NCBI GenBank assembly: GCA_050010695.1
Contig: JBEKKO010000007.1
Coordinates: 3,647-67,646, forward strand
Reading direction: 5' to 3'
Length of the DNA: 64,000 bases
Source of the DNA: Bryobacteraceae bacterium
Lineage (GTDB): Bacteria; Acidobacteriota; Terriglobia; Bryobacterales; Bryobacteraceae
In this document: positions 1 to 11,829 of the stretch, piece after piece
Layout: every line of letters begins with the position of its first letter
How positions within the stretch are numbered: the first letter of the stretch is position 1
The notes under the pieces: model-generated
Told to the model about the DNA's origin: nothing
Database searches by the model: none
Seen by the model: only the letters and a program-made list of their open reading frames with translations
Made by a program: the position numbers and the translations under genes

Positions 1-1487
1 TGGACGGCCCCACCGCGACGCCCTGCGGAGTGTGCGCGAGCTGCCTGGAAATCACCGGCGGCGGCACCGTGGACGTGATCGAAATCGATGCCGCTTCCAA
101 CCGCGGCATCAACGAAATGCGCGAGCTGCGCGAGAATGTCCGCTACCGGCCGGCGCGCGACCGATACAAGGTTTTCATCATCGACGAAGCGCACCAGATC
201 ACCAGCGAAGCCTTCAATGCGCTGCTCAAGACCATCGAAGAGCCGCCCGAGTGGGTGGTGTTCGTGCTGTGCACCACCGAGGCCCACAAGATTCCCGCCA
301 CCATCGCGTCGCGCTGCCAGCATTTCAGTTTTCGCTCGGTCGATTTCGACGATCTGATCGCGCGGATGGCCTGGATCTGCGGCCAGGAAGGCATCGAGGC
401 CGAGCCCGAAGCACTGGCCGTGCTGGCGCAGGCGGGCGAAGGCAGCGTGCGCGATTCGCTTTCGGCGCTGGACCAGGCCATCGCCTGCTGCGGCCTCAAG
501 CTGAATGCCGCCCAAGTGCGCGCGCTGCTGGGCGCGTTCTCGCTCGAATCGCTGGGGCAGGTCACCGCCGCGCTTGACCGTAGCGACCCGCGCCGGATGC
601 TCGAGATGGTCGACGAGCTCGAGCGCAACGGCCACAACCTGCAACACTTCAGCCGCGAACTGGCGCGCTACTTCCGCAACCTTCTGGTGGCCCGCATCGC
701 CGGCTCCGATACGCGGCTGATTGCCGCCAGTGCCGCCGAGCGCGACCGGCTGGCCGAGATTGCCTCGCGTTTTTCCGAAGAGGACCTGACGCGGTACCTG
801 CACTTGACGCTCGAGTTGTTTCGCGATCTGCAGTTCTCGCTCCAGCCGCGTTTCCATCTCGAAATCGGCCTGGTGCGGCTGGTGCATGCGGGCCGCCTGT
901 TGCCGATCGAACAGGCGCTCGCCGAGCTGGGCGGAGATGAAGCGCGTTCCGCTCCGGCCGCCGCGCCTCCCGGCCCGCCGGCGCGCGTCTCCGCTGCGCC
1001 ATTGCGCACCGGCCCGTCGCCATTCGAGGCCGATCGCGCCAAGAAATCCGGGCGTCCACCCGAGCCGCAAAACTCCGGCGCCAACGCGCTCGCGCCCGCG
1101 CCGTTGGCCGATGCCGATCCCCGCGAACGCCTGCACGCCTGGCTCACCGAACGCGGCCTCACGCACCTGGCCGACGCCGTCGAGAATGCGCGTATCACCC
1201 TCTCGGGCGGCGATATCCAGATCCTGGCGCCCAAGTCTTACCACCTGTATTTGAAGGATCGCAGCTTCGCCGGCGCGCTGCGCGAAGTGTTCGCGCGCCC
1301 GCTCAACCTGAAGCTGGTCGCCGGCGAAACGCCCGAAGCGGCATCCGGAGAAGCGGCGCCGGCCGCCGTGGAACCGCTGGATGACGCCGCGGGCCGCGCG
1401 CTGGCCAACCGGGAGGTGCAGCACTTCCGCGAGGTATTTGGCGGCGAAGTTCGCCGCGTCCGTAATTTGAAGGAGCAGCCCAGATGA
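1..1487 (+). CDS. dnaX: DNA polymerase III subunit gamma/tau (N-terminus lies upstream of the window)
   Basis: Frame is open to base 1. Clamp-loader AAA+ motifs are present (VDVIEIDAASNRG, KVFIIDEAH Walker B, ATIASRCQHF SRC motif), followed by a Pro/Ala-rich linker. Conserved dnaX-ybaB-recR order. Confidence 0.9.
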   Translation, partial: DGPTATPCGVCASCLEITGGGTVDVIEIDAASNRGINEMRELRENVRYRPARDRYKVFIIDEAHQITSEAFNALLKTIEEPPEWVVFVLCTTEAHKIPATIASRCQHFSFRSVDFDDLIARMAWICGQEGIEAEPEALAVLAQAGEGSVRDSLSALDQAIACCGLKLNAAQVRALLGAFSLESLGQVTAALDRSDPRRMLEMVDELERNGHNLQHFSRELARYFRNLLVARIAGSDTRLIAASAAERDRLAEIASRFSEEDLTRYLHLTLELFRDLQFSLQPRFHLEIGLVRLVHAGRLLPIEQALAELGGDEARSAPAAAPPGPPARVSAAPLRTGPSPFEADRAKKSGRPPEPQNSGANALAPAPLADADPRERLHAWLTERGLTHLADAVENARITLSGGDIQILAPKSYHLYLKDRSFAGALREVFARPLNLKLVAGETPEAASGEAAPAAVEPLDDAAGRALANREVQHFREVFGGEVRRVRNLKEQPR

Positions 1488-1801
1488 AATTACCCGGCAA
1501 CATGCAGCAGATGCAGCAGGCGTTGCGCCAGGCGCAGCAGATGCAGGAGCGCCTGCAACAGGAAATCGCGCAGATCAAAGTGGAGGCCTCCGCCGGCGGC
1601 GGCATGATTTCGGTGACGATGGATGGGCAGAAGAACCTGCTCAGCGTCAAGATCGATCCCGAGGTCGCCGGTGACGTCGAGATGCTCCAGGACATGGTGT
1701 TGGCCGCCCATAGCGAGGCCCTCAAGAAGGTCGAGGACGAGACCAAGCAGAAGATGGGCGGCATGCTCGGCGGCCTCGGCCTGCCTCCCGGTATGTTCTG
1801 A
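1484..1801 (+). CDS. ybaB: YbaB/EbfC family nucleoid-associated protein
   Basis: 105 aa with an ATGA overlap on the dnaX stop. Q-rich N-terminal helix, then [24 protein letters not shown], typical of YbaB. Synteny with dnaX and recR. Confidence 0.9.
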   Translation: MKLPGNMQQMQQALRQAQQMQERLQQEIAQIKVEASAGGGMISVTMDGQKNLLSVKIDPEVAGDVEMLQDMVLAAHSEALKKVEDETKQKMGGMLGGLGLPPGMF

Positions 1802-1803
1802 CG

Positions 1804-2403
1804 ATGCCCGATTTCGCCGAACCGCTCGCCCGCCTCATTACCGAATTCAAGCGCCTGCCGGGCATCGGACAGAAATCGGCGCAGCGGCTGGCTTTCCACG
1901 TTCTCCGCGCCGGCCGCGAAGATGCCGAACATCTCGCCCAGGCCCTCCTCGACGTCAAAGACAAGCTCGGCCTTTGCCGCGTCTGCAACAACATCAGCGA
2001 CGCCGACCTGTGTTCCTATTGCGCCGATTCCAATCGCGATCCGCGGGTCGTCTGCGTGGTCGAGGAACCGCATAACATCGTCGGCATCGAAACCACCCGC
2101 CAGTTCGAGGGCCGCTACCACGTGTTGCACGGCGCTCTCTCGCCGCTGCGCGGCATTGGCCCCGAATCGCTCAAACTCAAGAACCTGGTGGAACGCATCG
2201 GCGAGGGCGAGATCCAGGAAGTGATCGTGGCCACCAATCCCACCACCGAAGGCGAAGCCACCGCCGTCTATCTGGCGCGCCTGTTGAAACCGCTCGGCGT
2301 CAAAGTGACGCGCATCGGTATGGGCATCCCGGTCGGCAGCGACTTGGAATTCGCCGACGAAGTGACGATCTCCAAAGCCATGGAAGGGCGACGGGAGATG
2401 TGA
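1804..2403 (+). CDS. recR: Recombination protein RecR
   Basis: 199 aa. HhH region ([16 protein letters not shown]), C4 zinc finger ([16 protein letters not shown]), Toprim segment ([14 protein letters not shown]). Confidence 0.92.
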   Translation: MPDFAEPLARLITEFKRLPGIGQKSAQRLAFHVLRAGREDAEHLAQALLDVKDKLGLCRVCNNISDADLCSYCADSNRDPRVVCVVEEPHNIVGIETTRQFEGRYHVLHGALSPLRGIGPESLKLKNLVERIGEGEIQEVIVATNPTTEGEATAVYLARLLKPLGVKVTRIGMGIPVGSDLEFADEVTISKAMEGRREM

Positions 2404-2551
2404 GCTCGGCGGGGAGGTCTGTCAGGAAGTAACGGCAACACTGGCCACGGATGAACACCTATAAACATTCGCGCAAACACAAACGCTCGCGACCGGAGCG
2501 GATGGCCCCCAGCCGCGAGCGTGTTGGCAAAGCGGTGGTTCTGTAAGATCC

Positions 2552-3367
2552 CTACTTGGACGGCTCGGCGACGATACCGCCGGTGGCTTGCTTGGCCGCC
2601 TTCTTTTCTTCCTTGGCCTTCTTGGTCGCCATGGCCTTGTCGATCCAGGCTTCGGCGATCTTGACCTGTTGGTCGTATTCCTCTTTGGTGTCCACCAGGT
2701 AAGCGCGCTCGCGGATCAGCAGGTTCTCGTACGACATGGCGTCATCGTAGTCCGGGTTGATCTCCAGCGCCTTGTCCAGGTTCTTCAACCCTTCGTCAAT
2801 CACCGGATCCCACTTTTCCTTGAGTTCGGCCTTGATCTTCTTATCCTTGATGGGGCCCGGGTCTTCCTGTCTCATGCCTAACGTGGCGAGTGCGTTGCCG
2901 AATGCGGGGAACCACTCCGACCACGCGATGAACCCCAGGCTGTAGTATGCATCGGCGTTGTTGGGCGCCACGACGATGGCTTTTTCGAACCACTGTTTGG
3001 CGTCGTCCCACTTGCGCTGGTTCAAGAACAGGCTGGCGATGGACACAATCGCCAACTGGTTCTTCGGGTCCTGGTCCAGGACTTTCTGAAACTGGTCGTA
3101 AGCGGCCTGCGCCATCTGCGCGTTTTCCGGCGAGTCGGCGCCCGGAATGTATTGCTGATAGTAGGCGACAGCCAGATACTGGCGCGCCGAAAGAAATGTG
3201 GGATCGAGGTCGACCGCGTTCTTGAAGTGCTCGACGGCCTGCGGGTACTGGGCGCCCTTGAATGCCTGGACACCCTCGTTGACCTGAGAGCGCGATTTCA
3301 GCTTGTTGCAGCCGGTGGCCGCGAAAGCCAACGCAACCGCGGCGAGAACGATTGTCAGTTTGCGCAT
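2552..3367 (-). CDS. TPR-repeat lipoprotein, last gene of the tonB-exbBDD train
   Basis: Signal peptide with a lipobox-like LAFAATGC. Repeated TPR-like helices (AVAYYQQY, DAYYSLGF, KALEINPDYDDA). Only 10 nt after the preceding exbD. Confidence 0.7.
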   Translation of the reverse strand: MRKLTIVLAAVALAFAATGCNKLKSRSQVNEGVQAFKGAQYPQAVEHFKNAVDLDPTFLSARQYLAVAYYQQYIPGADSPENAQMAQAAYDQFQKVLDQDPKNQLAIVSIASLFLNQRKWDDAKQWFEKAIVVAPNNADAYYSLGFIAWSEWFPAFGNALATLGMRQEDPGPIKDKKIKAELKEKWDPVIDEGLKNLDKALEINPDYDDAMSYENLLIRERAYLVDTKEEYDQQVKIAEAWIDKAMATKKAKEEKKAAKQATGGIVAEPSK

Positions 3368-3377
3368 CGCGAATCTC

Positions 3378-3797
3378 CTATTGTCCGAGGTCCTTGTATG
3401 GCATCAGGCCGACCTTGTCGATCTGGGCGCCGTGCGCGATGTCAATGACCTTGGCTACCCAATTGAATTCCAGGTTGGGATCGCCTTTGACGAATATCAC
3501 GCGTTCGGCGCGCGTCTTGAAAATTTCCACCAGGCGGCTTTGCAGGGCCGATTCGTCGATCGGATCCTGGTTAATCATCATGCTGTGATCCTGATTAATA
3601 CTGACCACCACGGTGCGAAGATTGGGCTCCGCCGTCTGACCCGGCGGAGGCGGCTGCGGCACCAGAGCCTCGAGACCTTTCGGCGTCAGCGGCGTGATCA
3701 CCATGAAAATAATGATCAGCACCAATAGCACATCGATCATGGGCGTCATGTTGATGTCGGATTTCGGACCGCCCGTTCCGCCCACTGCCATTGACAT
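3378..3797 (-). CDS. exbD: ExbD/TolR biopolymer transport protein
   Basis: 139 aa. INMTPMIDVLLVLIIIFMV transmembrane signature of ExbD/TolR. Second of two tandem copies. Confidence 0.85.
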   Translation of the reverse strand: MSMAVGGTGGPKSDINMTPMIDVLLVLIIIFMVITPLTPKGLEALVPQPPPPGQTAEPNLRTVVVSINQDHSMMINQDPIDESALQSRLVEIFKTRAERVIFVKGDPNLEFNWVAKVIDIAHGAQIDKVGLMPYKDLGQ

Positions 3798-3829
3798 ATG
3801 GTTGCTCCTTTATGAATCTTCCTGTTGCT

Positions 3830-4282
3830 CTACTTCGCCACCGCGGCGGCTTGCTTCTTTCCCTCGATCTGTTCGGTGAGGAGGCCCAACTGGTCCACGC
3901 CGGCGGCTTGCAGGTTCTGCACCACATCCAGCACAACCTGGTACTTCGCCCGCTGATCGGCCCGCAGGAAGCACTCCTTGTCCAGCCGGTTGGTGAGCAT
4001 ATCTTTCACCTTGGGCGCCAGATCCTCGGCCTTCATCTGCGTGTTGTTGAGGTAGACCCTGCCCTCGCGGGTGACCGCGATCAGCACCGCGTCGCTCTTA
4101 TCGGCCGCCTGCATGGGGATCGGGTTGTACGTCCTCGCCATATTGACTTGGACCCCGTTCATCAGCATGGGCGTAATGACCATGAAGATGATGAGCAGCA
4201 CGAGCATCACGTCCACCATGGGGGTGACGTTGATGTCGGCTACCGGCGGAGGAGCACTGTGTATTTTGAAATCCATCTCCAT
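3830..4282 (-). CDS. exbD: ExbD/TolR biopolymer transport protein
   Basis: INVTPMVDVMLVLLIIFMV signature. I place the start at the ATG at 4282 (MEMDF...), preceded by GGGAGA 7 nt upstream. The track ORF extends to 4312. Confidence 0.85.
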   Translation of the reverse strand: MEMDFKIHSAPPPVADINVTPMVDVMLVLLIIFMVITPMLMNGVQVNMARTYNPIPMQAADKSDAVLIAVTREGRVYLNNTQMKAEDLAPKVKDMLTNRLDKECFLRADQRAKYQVVLDVVQNLQAAGVDQLGLLTEQIEGKKQAAAVAK

Positions 4283-4390
4283 TGCTGTTTCTCCCTGGGA
4301 AATCGGATGCATTTACGGGGAGCCGTTGCCGGCTCCCCGCGATTTTCAACTCGCCGGGAATCCCGACTGTTCCAGTCGCTCCGACAGCCC

Positions 4391-5131
4391 CTACTTGTGG
4401 GCAGCGGCGCCGCGCTGGCTGCGCTTCAGGAAGTAGTCGATGAGTTCGGAGCTGGAGTTGCCCATCTCCACATCGAAAGCTTCGATTTTGTTGGTGAAAT
4501 AGTTGTACATCCACACCGCCGGGATAGCCACGAACAGACCAATGGCGGTGGTCACCAAGGCCTCCGAAATACCGCCGGCCACGGCGCCCAGACCGGCCGC
4601 CTTTTGCGTCGAAATGCCACGGAACGCGTTGATGATGCCAACGACGGTTCCGAACAAACCGACGAAGGGAGCCGTCGAACCGATGGTCGCCAGGCCCGAG
4701 ACGCCGCGTTTGAGTTCGGCGTGAACGATGGCCTGGGCACGATCCAGGGCGCGCTTGGAAGCTTCGATTTCCTCACCCGGAATTTCGGAGCTGATCTGAT
4801 GCGCCTGGAATTCCTGCAAACCGGCAACCACAACCTTTGCCAGGTGGCTCTTCTTGAAGCGGTCGGCGATCTTGACGGCTTCTTCCAGTTTGCCTTCCCG
4901 CAGCGCGCCGGCAACCGCCGGAGCGAACTGCCTGGATTGTTTACGGGCGGCGCTGTAAGCCAGCAACCTGTCGATCATCACGCCGATCGAATACGCGGAC
5001 ATGAAGAACATCAGGATCACAACGGCCTTGGCCAGCGTGCCCATCTGGCTCCAGAGGTGTGGCAGGTCAAAGCCCACCGACTCCGATTCCTGGAGCAAAT
5101 ACAAGAACGCGAAATGCACATGCGCGAACAT
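4391..5131 (-). CDS. exbB: MotA/TolQ/ExbB proton-channel protein
   Basis: 246 aa, three TM segments. C-terminal GLGAVAGGISEALVTTAIGLFVAIPA motif typical of ExbB/TolQ. Precedes the two exbD genes. Confidence 0.88.
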   Translation of the reverse strand: MFAHVHFAFLYLLQESESVGFDLPHLWSQMGTLAKAVVILMFFMSAYSIGVMIDRLLAYSAARKQSRQFAPAVAGALREGKLEEAVKIADRFKKSHLAKVVVAGLQEFQAHQISSEIPGEEIEASKRALDRAQAIVHAELKRGVSGLATIGSTAPFVGLFGTVVGIINAFRGISTQKAAGLGAVAGGISEALVTTAIGLFVAIPAVWMYNYFTNKIEAFDVEMGNSSSELIDYFLKRSQRGAAAHK

Positions 5132-5200
5132 TCTGATTTTCTCTCCTGCGAGTTGAAATGTTACTGCTCTTACCGGCTCCGCTTACGCGCCGCCGGGGTA

Positions 5201-5944
5201 CTACTGTAACGTAAAGTTGACATCGATGGTCGTCGAAACTTCCACCGGCTCTCCATTCAACATGGTCGGGCGGTAAATCCAACTCTTCACCGCCTCCAGC
5301 GCCGACGGCACCAGCAGCGGATGGCCTCGCACCACCTTTAGGTCCTGCACCCGGCCGTCCTTGCCGATGATGGCGCTCAATTCCACCGTCCCCTGAATGC
5401 GGGCCTGCTTTGCCAGGGCCGGATACACCGGCTTGATCTGCTTGATCAGGTTGGCCGCTTGCACATTGCCGCCCACCCGGATGCGCTGCGGAGTGATCGC
5501 CTTGGGCGGAGGAGGAGGCGGCGGGGCCGCCAGGCCGCCCGTTCCGCCGATAATGCCGTTGAGCAGGCCGGTCACCGGGCCGCTGCTGCCGCTGCCGCCG
5601 ACTACGCCGACGACGCTGGCCGAGGGTGGCGGAAGCTCATCTTCTTTAATGTCCGCGATGTTTTTCGGAATCGTCTTCGGCGCCATCAACTTGCCGGCAT
5701 CGAATTGCCGCGGAATCACGTGCACCACCTTGAGCTGCGGTGTCGGGGCCGGTGGAGGCGGCGGGGGTGGAGGCGGCGGCGGCGCCACAAAGATGCTTTG
5801 CAGCGAGGCCGCGGGAAGGACGTCGAAGTAGATCATCGGCATGATCACGAAGATGCCGATTATGAACAACTGAATCAGGGTCGATAGCACGACCGTCCAG
5901 CCCTTGTTAGTCTTCCCCGTTTGCACGAATGTCTGTTCAAACAT
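5201..5944 (-). CDS. tonB: TonB family energy transducer
   Basis: N-terminal TM anchor, two poly-Pro tracts, C-terminal TonB domain (YPALAKQARIQGTVELSAIIGKDGRVQDLKVV). Heads the exbB-exbD-exbD cluster. Confidence 0.8.
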   Translation of the reverse strand: MFEQTFVQTGKTNKGWTVVLSTLIQLFIIGIFVIMPMIYFDVLPAASLQSIFVAPPPPPPPPPPPAPTPQLKVVHVIPRQFDAGKLMAPKTIPKNIADIKEDELPPPSASVVGVVGGSGSSGPVTGLLNGIIGGTGGLAAPPPPPPPKAITPQRIRVGGNVQAANLIKQIKPVYPALAKQARIQGTVELSAIIGKDGRVQDLKVVRGHPLLVPSALEAVKSWIYRPTMLNGEPVEVSTTIDVNFTLQ

Positions 5945-6007
5945 GAGGCATTTCCTTTCCCTGCAAGCGCCGCCCGTCCCGCGGACCGGCGCGAATTCTT
6001 ACCGCCT

Positions 6008-7237
6008 TTACTTTACCGCCTTGGCCACCGTTTTCCGCGGAGTGTCCGGCCGGGGCGCCGCAGCCACGACGGCGGCTGTCCTGCCGCCCCGCCGGTCCGC
6101 CCACCCATGCCAGAACAACACGATCGGACTGGCCACAAACACCGAAGAATACGTTCCCACCAGAATGCCGCACACCAGCGCGAATGAAAACCCGTTCAGC
6201 ACCGGACCGCCGAACAGGAACAGCGCGATCACCGTCAAAAACGTCAGCCCCGAAGTCATCACCGTCCGGCTCAGCGTCTGGTTGACCGCCCGGTTCATCA
6301 CCGATTCCAGCGGCTCGCGCCGGGACATCTTCAGGTTCTCCCGGATCCGGTCGAAGATCACGATGGTGTCGTTCATCGAATAGCCCACCAGCGTCAACAA
6401 GGCCGCAATCACCGTCATCGTGATGTCCTTGTTGAATAACGAAAACAGACCGATCGTAATGATGGTGTCGTGGAAGCAGGCGATCACCGCGCCCAGCCCG
6501 TAGATCCACTCGAATCGGAAGGCGATATAGGCCAGCATTCCGGCCAGCGCGTACAGCGTAGCCAGGACAGCCTTCTTGCGCAGTTCCGCGCCCACCTTCG
6601 GTCCCACCATCTCCACTCCCGCAATGTGGAAAGGAGCCAAGTAACACTCCTCGCGAAGAGTGTTCATAATACCAGCATTGACGCCCGGGGTGGAAGATAA
6701 TTCGCTAAAACTTGTAATCAGCCCGGAGTGGTGGTCGTCGCGCGTCGAGAGCAGCCCCGTCACCAGGTTCTGGAGGTCCTGTTCGCTGGCCGCCACGTTG
6801 TTACGCGCCAGCGCGTCGCGCAACCGTTCGGCCAGCGCGTCATGCCCGGCGTTGTTGAAATCCAGCTTGCCGCCCGCGGCCTGCCCGAAGGTCGCCGTCA
6901 GAACGTCGGTCATGTCCTGGCGATTGACGTTCATCTGTCCCTCGCTGGCCGCCTCCGTGCCGATCTCGACGGTGTTCTGCGCGCTGGTTTCGTTCTGCAC
7001 CGAGACCTCGCCGGTAATCTTGGGCGATCTCGACATGGCGGCGCGAATCTTATCGAGCGGCGGCGTGTAGGCGAACTTCACCGTCATCATCACACCCTGC
7101 TTGAAGTCGATTCCATACTTCAACCCGCCCTTGGCGGCGATGCTGATGAAGCCGGCCGCCGTCAGCACCAGGCTGGCAAAGATAAACGGCCACTTCTTGC
7201 CCAGAAAGTCGTAGTTCGTGTTTTTAAATAATTCCAT
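6008..7237 (-). CDS. secF: Protein translocase subunit SecF, long form
   Basis: C-terminal SecF TM bundle (FHDTIITIGLFSLF, YSMNDTIVIFDRIRENL). 409 aa, with what looks like an extended periplasmic region and a basic C-terminal tail. Confidence 0.9.
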   Translation of the reverse strand: MELFKNTNYDFLGKKWPFIFASLVLTAAGFISIAAKGGLKYGIDFKQGVMMTVKFAYTPPLDKIRAAMSRSPKITGEVSVQNETSAQNTVEIGTEAASEGQMNVNRQDMTDVLTATFGQAAGGKLDFNNAGHDALAERLRDALARNNVAASEQDLQNLVTGLLSTRDDHHSGLITSFSELSSTPGVNAGIMNTLREECYLAPFHIAGVEMVGPKVGAELRKKAVLATLYALAGMLAYIAFRFEWIYGLGAVIACFHDTIITIGLFSLFNKDITMTVIAALLTLVGYSMNDTIVIFDRIRENLKMSRREPLESVMNRAVNQTLSRTVMTSGLTFLTVIALFLFGGPVLNGFSFALVCGILVGTYSSVFVASPIVLFWHGWADRRGGRTAAVVAAAPRPDTPRKTVAKAVK

Positions 7238-7406
7238 CGAGACTGGCCATGCCGGTGTCTTATGTAAGGTTGGACACCAGCCTTTTCCGTTTTGTTCCCG
7301 TTCGCCCGCCAGGGACCCGGCTGCCGGCCAGCTTCCGCCCGCCGCACCCGATTCCCGCTCCCCGGCCTCTTTTTTTCCGCCCGATCATTGTACTAAATGG
7401 CGAGCC

Positions 7407-9032
7407 CTAAATACTGAGGGTCTCCATGCGGCGCCGTCCGGACAATTCCCAGTTGAAGATCGTCCGCGAGACGAATACCGCCGTGAAAACGTTGGCGGCC
7501 AGACCGATCGTCAGGGTGACCGCGAATCCCTTCACCGGGCCTTCCCCGAACAGAAACAGGAAGGCGCACGAAACGATGGTGGTGACGTGGGTGTCCACGA
7601 TCGTCCACCAGGCCTTGTTGAAGCCGTTCTCCACCGCCGCCACCACCGCCTTGCCGGCCCGCAGTTCCTCGCGGATTCTCTCGAAAATCAGCACGTTCGA
7701 ATCCACCGCCATACCGATCGTCAGGATCACGCCCGCAATCCCCGGCAAGGTGAGCGCAGCATGAAAATAGGAAATCGCCGCCAGCAGGATCACCGTGTTC
7801 AGCAGCAGGGCCAGCACCGCGTTCACGCCGCTGCGCTTGTAGTACAGCAGCATCACCACCACCACCGCCACCAGGCCCCAGACGGCAGCCTGGATTCCTT
7901 CCCGGATCGAGTCCGCGCCCAGCGACGGCCCCACGCTTCTCTCCTCCACCGGCGTCACGCTGGCCGGCAGCGAACCGGAACGCAGGTACCGCGACAGGTC
8001 CTCGGCTTCCTCTTCGCTGCCCAGGTTCGTGATCCGTCCGGAATCTTCAATCCTGGCCTGGATGGTGGCCACGCTGACGATCTGATTGTCCAGCACCACC
8101 GCCAACTTGTTGCCGATGTTTTTCTCGGTGAACATGCCGAACCGCCGCCCGCCGTCCGGCGACAGCGTGAAGCCGGTTTCCCACTTGCGGTATTCGTCCT
8201 GAGAGGCGCGCGCGTTACGCATCTCGCTGCCCATGATCACCGCCGGACGCCCCAGCAGGAACCACTCTTCGCCCGGCGCATTTCCACGCGGCTTGGACTT
8301 GGCCAGCTTGCTGTTCAGCGGCAGTACGCCGCCCTTTTGCGCCAGCGCCGCTTCTCGGCTGGGGAACGGCCCGTCCTTGACTTCGTCGATTTCGAGCACC
8401 GCCGCGGTGCCGATCAACTCCTTCACCCGCGCCGGATCGTCCACCCCCGGCAACTGCACCAGCACCTCGTATTCCGAGCCCGCGCGGCCGTACTGCTGGA
8501 CGCTCGATTCCGCCACCCCGAGCTGGTTGATGCGGTTGTCGATGGTGTCGATGGTCCGCTGCACCGTGTCGCGCTTGAGCGCGATCAGGTCCGAAGGCTT
8601 CAGCCGCATCGTGTAGTCGGTCGAATTCGCCACGGTCAGCACGTAGGCGCTGTAACGATCATTCACCAGGCTGCGGAACGCGCTCGACTGGGTCTCCGGC
8701 ACGCCTTTCACGGTGACGATAATGTTGTCTGCGTCCGCCACCGACGGCGGCTGCGGGTCGTTGCGGTCCATGCTCGAGAATGTGATGCTTTGCTTGGCCA
8801 TGTCCGCCTTGATGCGCTCCATGGCCTGGTCGGCATCCGCTTTCACGGCGTCCTCGACATGCACCTCTTCCACTAGTTGGCTGCCGCCCTTCAGGTCGAG
8901 CCCCAGGCGGATGTTGTCCTTCAGATTCTGGACTAGTTCGGTTTTCGATTTGGGCAGACCCATGATGCCGAAAATGCACAGCAGGATCGTCACCACAATC
9001 ACCACGGTTCGCCACTTCAAATTCTGTGTCAT
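7407..9032 (-). CDS. secD: Protein translocase subunit SecD
   Basis: 541 aa. LGLDLKGGSQL motif, large periplasmic P1 domain, C-terminal TM bundle with AVDSNVLIFERIREE. Confidence 0.92.
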   Translation of the reverse strand: MTQNLKWRTVVIVVTILLCIFGIMGLPKSKTELVQNLKDNIRLGLDLKGGSQLVEEVHVEDAVKADADQAMERIKADMAKQSITFSSMDRNDPQPPSVADADNIIVTVKGVPETQSSAFRSLVNDRYSAYVLTVANSTDYTMRLKPSDLIALKRDTVQRTIDTIDNRINQLGVAESSVQQYGRAGSEYEVLVQLPGVDDPARVKELIGTAAVLEIDEVKDGPFPSREAALAQKGGVLPLNSKLAKSKPRGNAPGEEWFLLGRPAVIMGSEMRNARASQDEYRKWETGFTLSPDGGRRFGMFTEKNIGNKLAVVLDNQIVSVATIQARIEDSGRITNLGSEEEAEDLSRYLRSGSLPASVTPVEERSVGPSLGADSIREGIQAAVWGLVAVVVVMLLYYKRSGVNAVLALLLNTVILLAAISYFHAALTLPGIAGVILTIGMAVDSNVLIFERIREELRAGKAVVAAVENGFNKAWWTIVDTHVTTIVSCAFLFLFGEGPVKGFAVTLTIGLAANVFTAVFVSRTIFNWELSGRRRMETLSI

Positions 9033-9062
9033 GGAATGGAACAGCCTGTTAATTAGAGATTG

Positions 9063-10684
<1,622 letters not shown>

Positions 10685-10697
10685 GCCCTCTTCAAAC

Positions 10698-11690
10698 CTA
10701 CCCAGCCAGAATCTTCTCGATCCCAGCCAGCTCTTCCTCGCTGAAATCCAGCTTGTGAATAGTCGCGATATCCTGCTCCAACTGTTCGACGCGGCTGGCG
10801 CCGACCAGCGCGCTGGTCACCGCGCCATCGCGCAGCACCCACGCCAGCGCCATCTGCGCCAGGCTCTGGCCGCGGGCCTGGGCAATTGCATGCAGCGCGC
10901 GCGCCTGGCCGACCCGATGCTCGTCCACATCCTTGGGCCTCAGGAAGCCTTTGGGCCGCGCCGCGCGGGAATCGGCTGGGATGCCGCCGCCGAGATAGCG
11001 TTCGCTTAGCAGCCCCTGCGCCAGCGGGGAAAATGCGATGCCGCCTACGCCCTCCCGCCGCAGCGTCTCGAGCAGCCCTTGCTCCGGCCCGCGCCGGAAC
11101 ATCGAATAGGCGAACTGGTGGATCAGGAACGGCGTCCCCTGCCGGCGTAGAATTTGGGCGGCCTTGGCGGTATCTTCGGGGCCGTAATTGGAAATGCCCG
11201 CGTACAAGGCCTTCCCGGAGCGCACCGCCTGGTCGAGCGCGCCCATGGTTTCCTCGAGCGGCGTTTCCGGGTCCGGCCGGTGGTGATAAAAGATGTCGAC
11301 GTACGGCAGGCCCATCCGCCCCAGGCTCTGGTCCAGGCTGGCCAGCAGGTATTTGCGCGAGCCGAAGTTGCCATACGGGCCGGGCCACATGTCATAACCG
11401 GCCTTGGTGGAAATGATCAGCTCGTCGCGATACGCCGCCAGGTCCATCTTCAGCGCGCGCCCGAAGGTCTCTTCCGCCGAGCCGTACGGCGGCCCGTAGT
11501 TGTTGGCCAGGTCGAAGTGGGTGACGCCCCGGTCAAAGGCGCAGCGCAGCATGTCGCGGCTGTTTTCCAGCGAATCGACGCCGCCGAAATTGTGCCACAG
11601 GCCGAGCGAAATCGCCGGCAACACGATGCCGGATTTGCCGCAACGCCGGTAGATCATGCCGTCGTAACGGGTGGGACTTGCAGTGTACAA
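10698..11690 (-). CDS. Aldo/keto reductase, YghZ/L-glyceraldehyde-3-phosphate reductase-like
   Basis: YRRCGKSGIVLPAISLGLWHNFGG matches the YghZ-type N-terminus, with AKR core motifs throughout. Start placed at the TTG at 11690, preceded by GAGGAG 9 nt upstream. The track ORF runs to 11777. Confidence 0.85.
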   Translation of the reverse strand: MYTASPTRYDGMIYRRCGKSGIVLPAISLGLWHNFGGVDSLENSRDMLRCAFDRGVTHFDLANNYGPPYGSAEETFGRALKMDLAAYRDELIISTKAGYDMWPGPYGNFGSRKYLLASLDQSLGRMGLPYVDIFYHHRPDPETPLEETMGALDQAVRSGKALYAGISNYGPEDTAKAAQILRRQGTPFLIHQFAYSMFRRGPEQGLLETLRREGVGGIAFSPLAQGLLSERYLGGGIPADSRAARPKGFLRPKDVDEHRVGQARALHAIAQARGQSLAQMALAWVLRDGAVTSALVGASRVEQLEQDIATIHKLDFSEEELAGIEKILAG

Positions 11691-11829
11691 GCGGATTGGC
11701 TCCTCAAAACTACTGTAGCGGAAAGCCGCCGAACTCGTGGGGCTGACCGCCGGGAGCGGCTTCTCATCAAGCGTCACCCGCAGAGACCACTTTGAGGTCG
11801 TTTTGCACGAATTGCAGAAACTCTATCAT

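Noticed and set aside
1000-1100. Programmed frameshift site in dnaX (gamma versus tau)
   Set aside because: No A-AAA-AAG-type slippery heptamer with a downstream stem-loop is visible in the linker region.
2483-2522. 9-bp inverted repeat between recR and the TPR gene as a bidirectional terminator
   Set aside because: The loop is 22 nt and there is no U/A-run on either side. Too weak to annotate as a terminator.
5480-5800. GC-rich short tandem repeats that could be mistaken for a repeat array
   Set aside because: They encode the poly-Pro and Gly-rich linker of TonB. There is no regular repeat-spacer structure, so this is not a CRISPR array.
7218-8876. 552-aa plus-strand ORF. Similar long ORFs occur at 3791-5209, 20357-21556, 45957-47138, 48199-49329, 51172-52953, 54409-55515, 57550-58470, 59723-61057 and 61792-63114.
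   Set aside because: Each is antisense to a gene with clear family motifs (secD, exbB/exbD, the 478-aa secreted protein, cpaC/cpaB, the GT-C-like protein, GH39, M24 peptidase, ADOP permease, MFS, GntP). Each has the Arg/His/Gly-rich composition of antisense frames.
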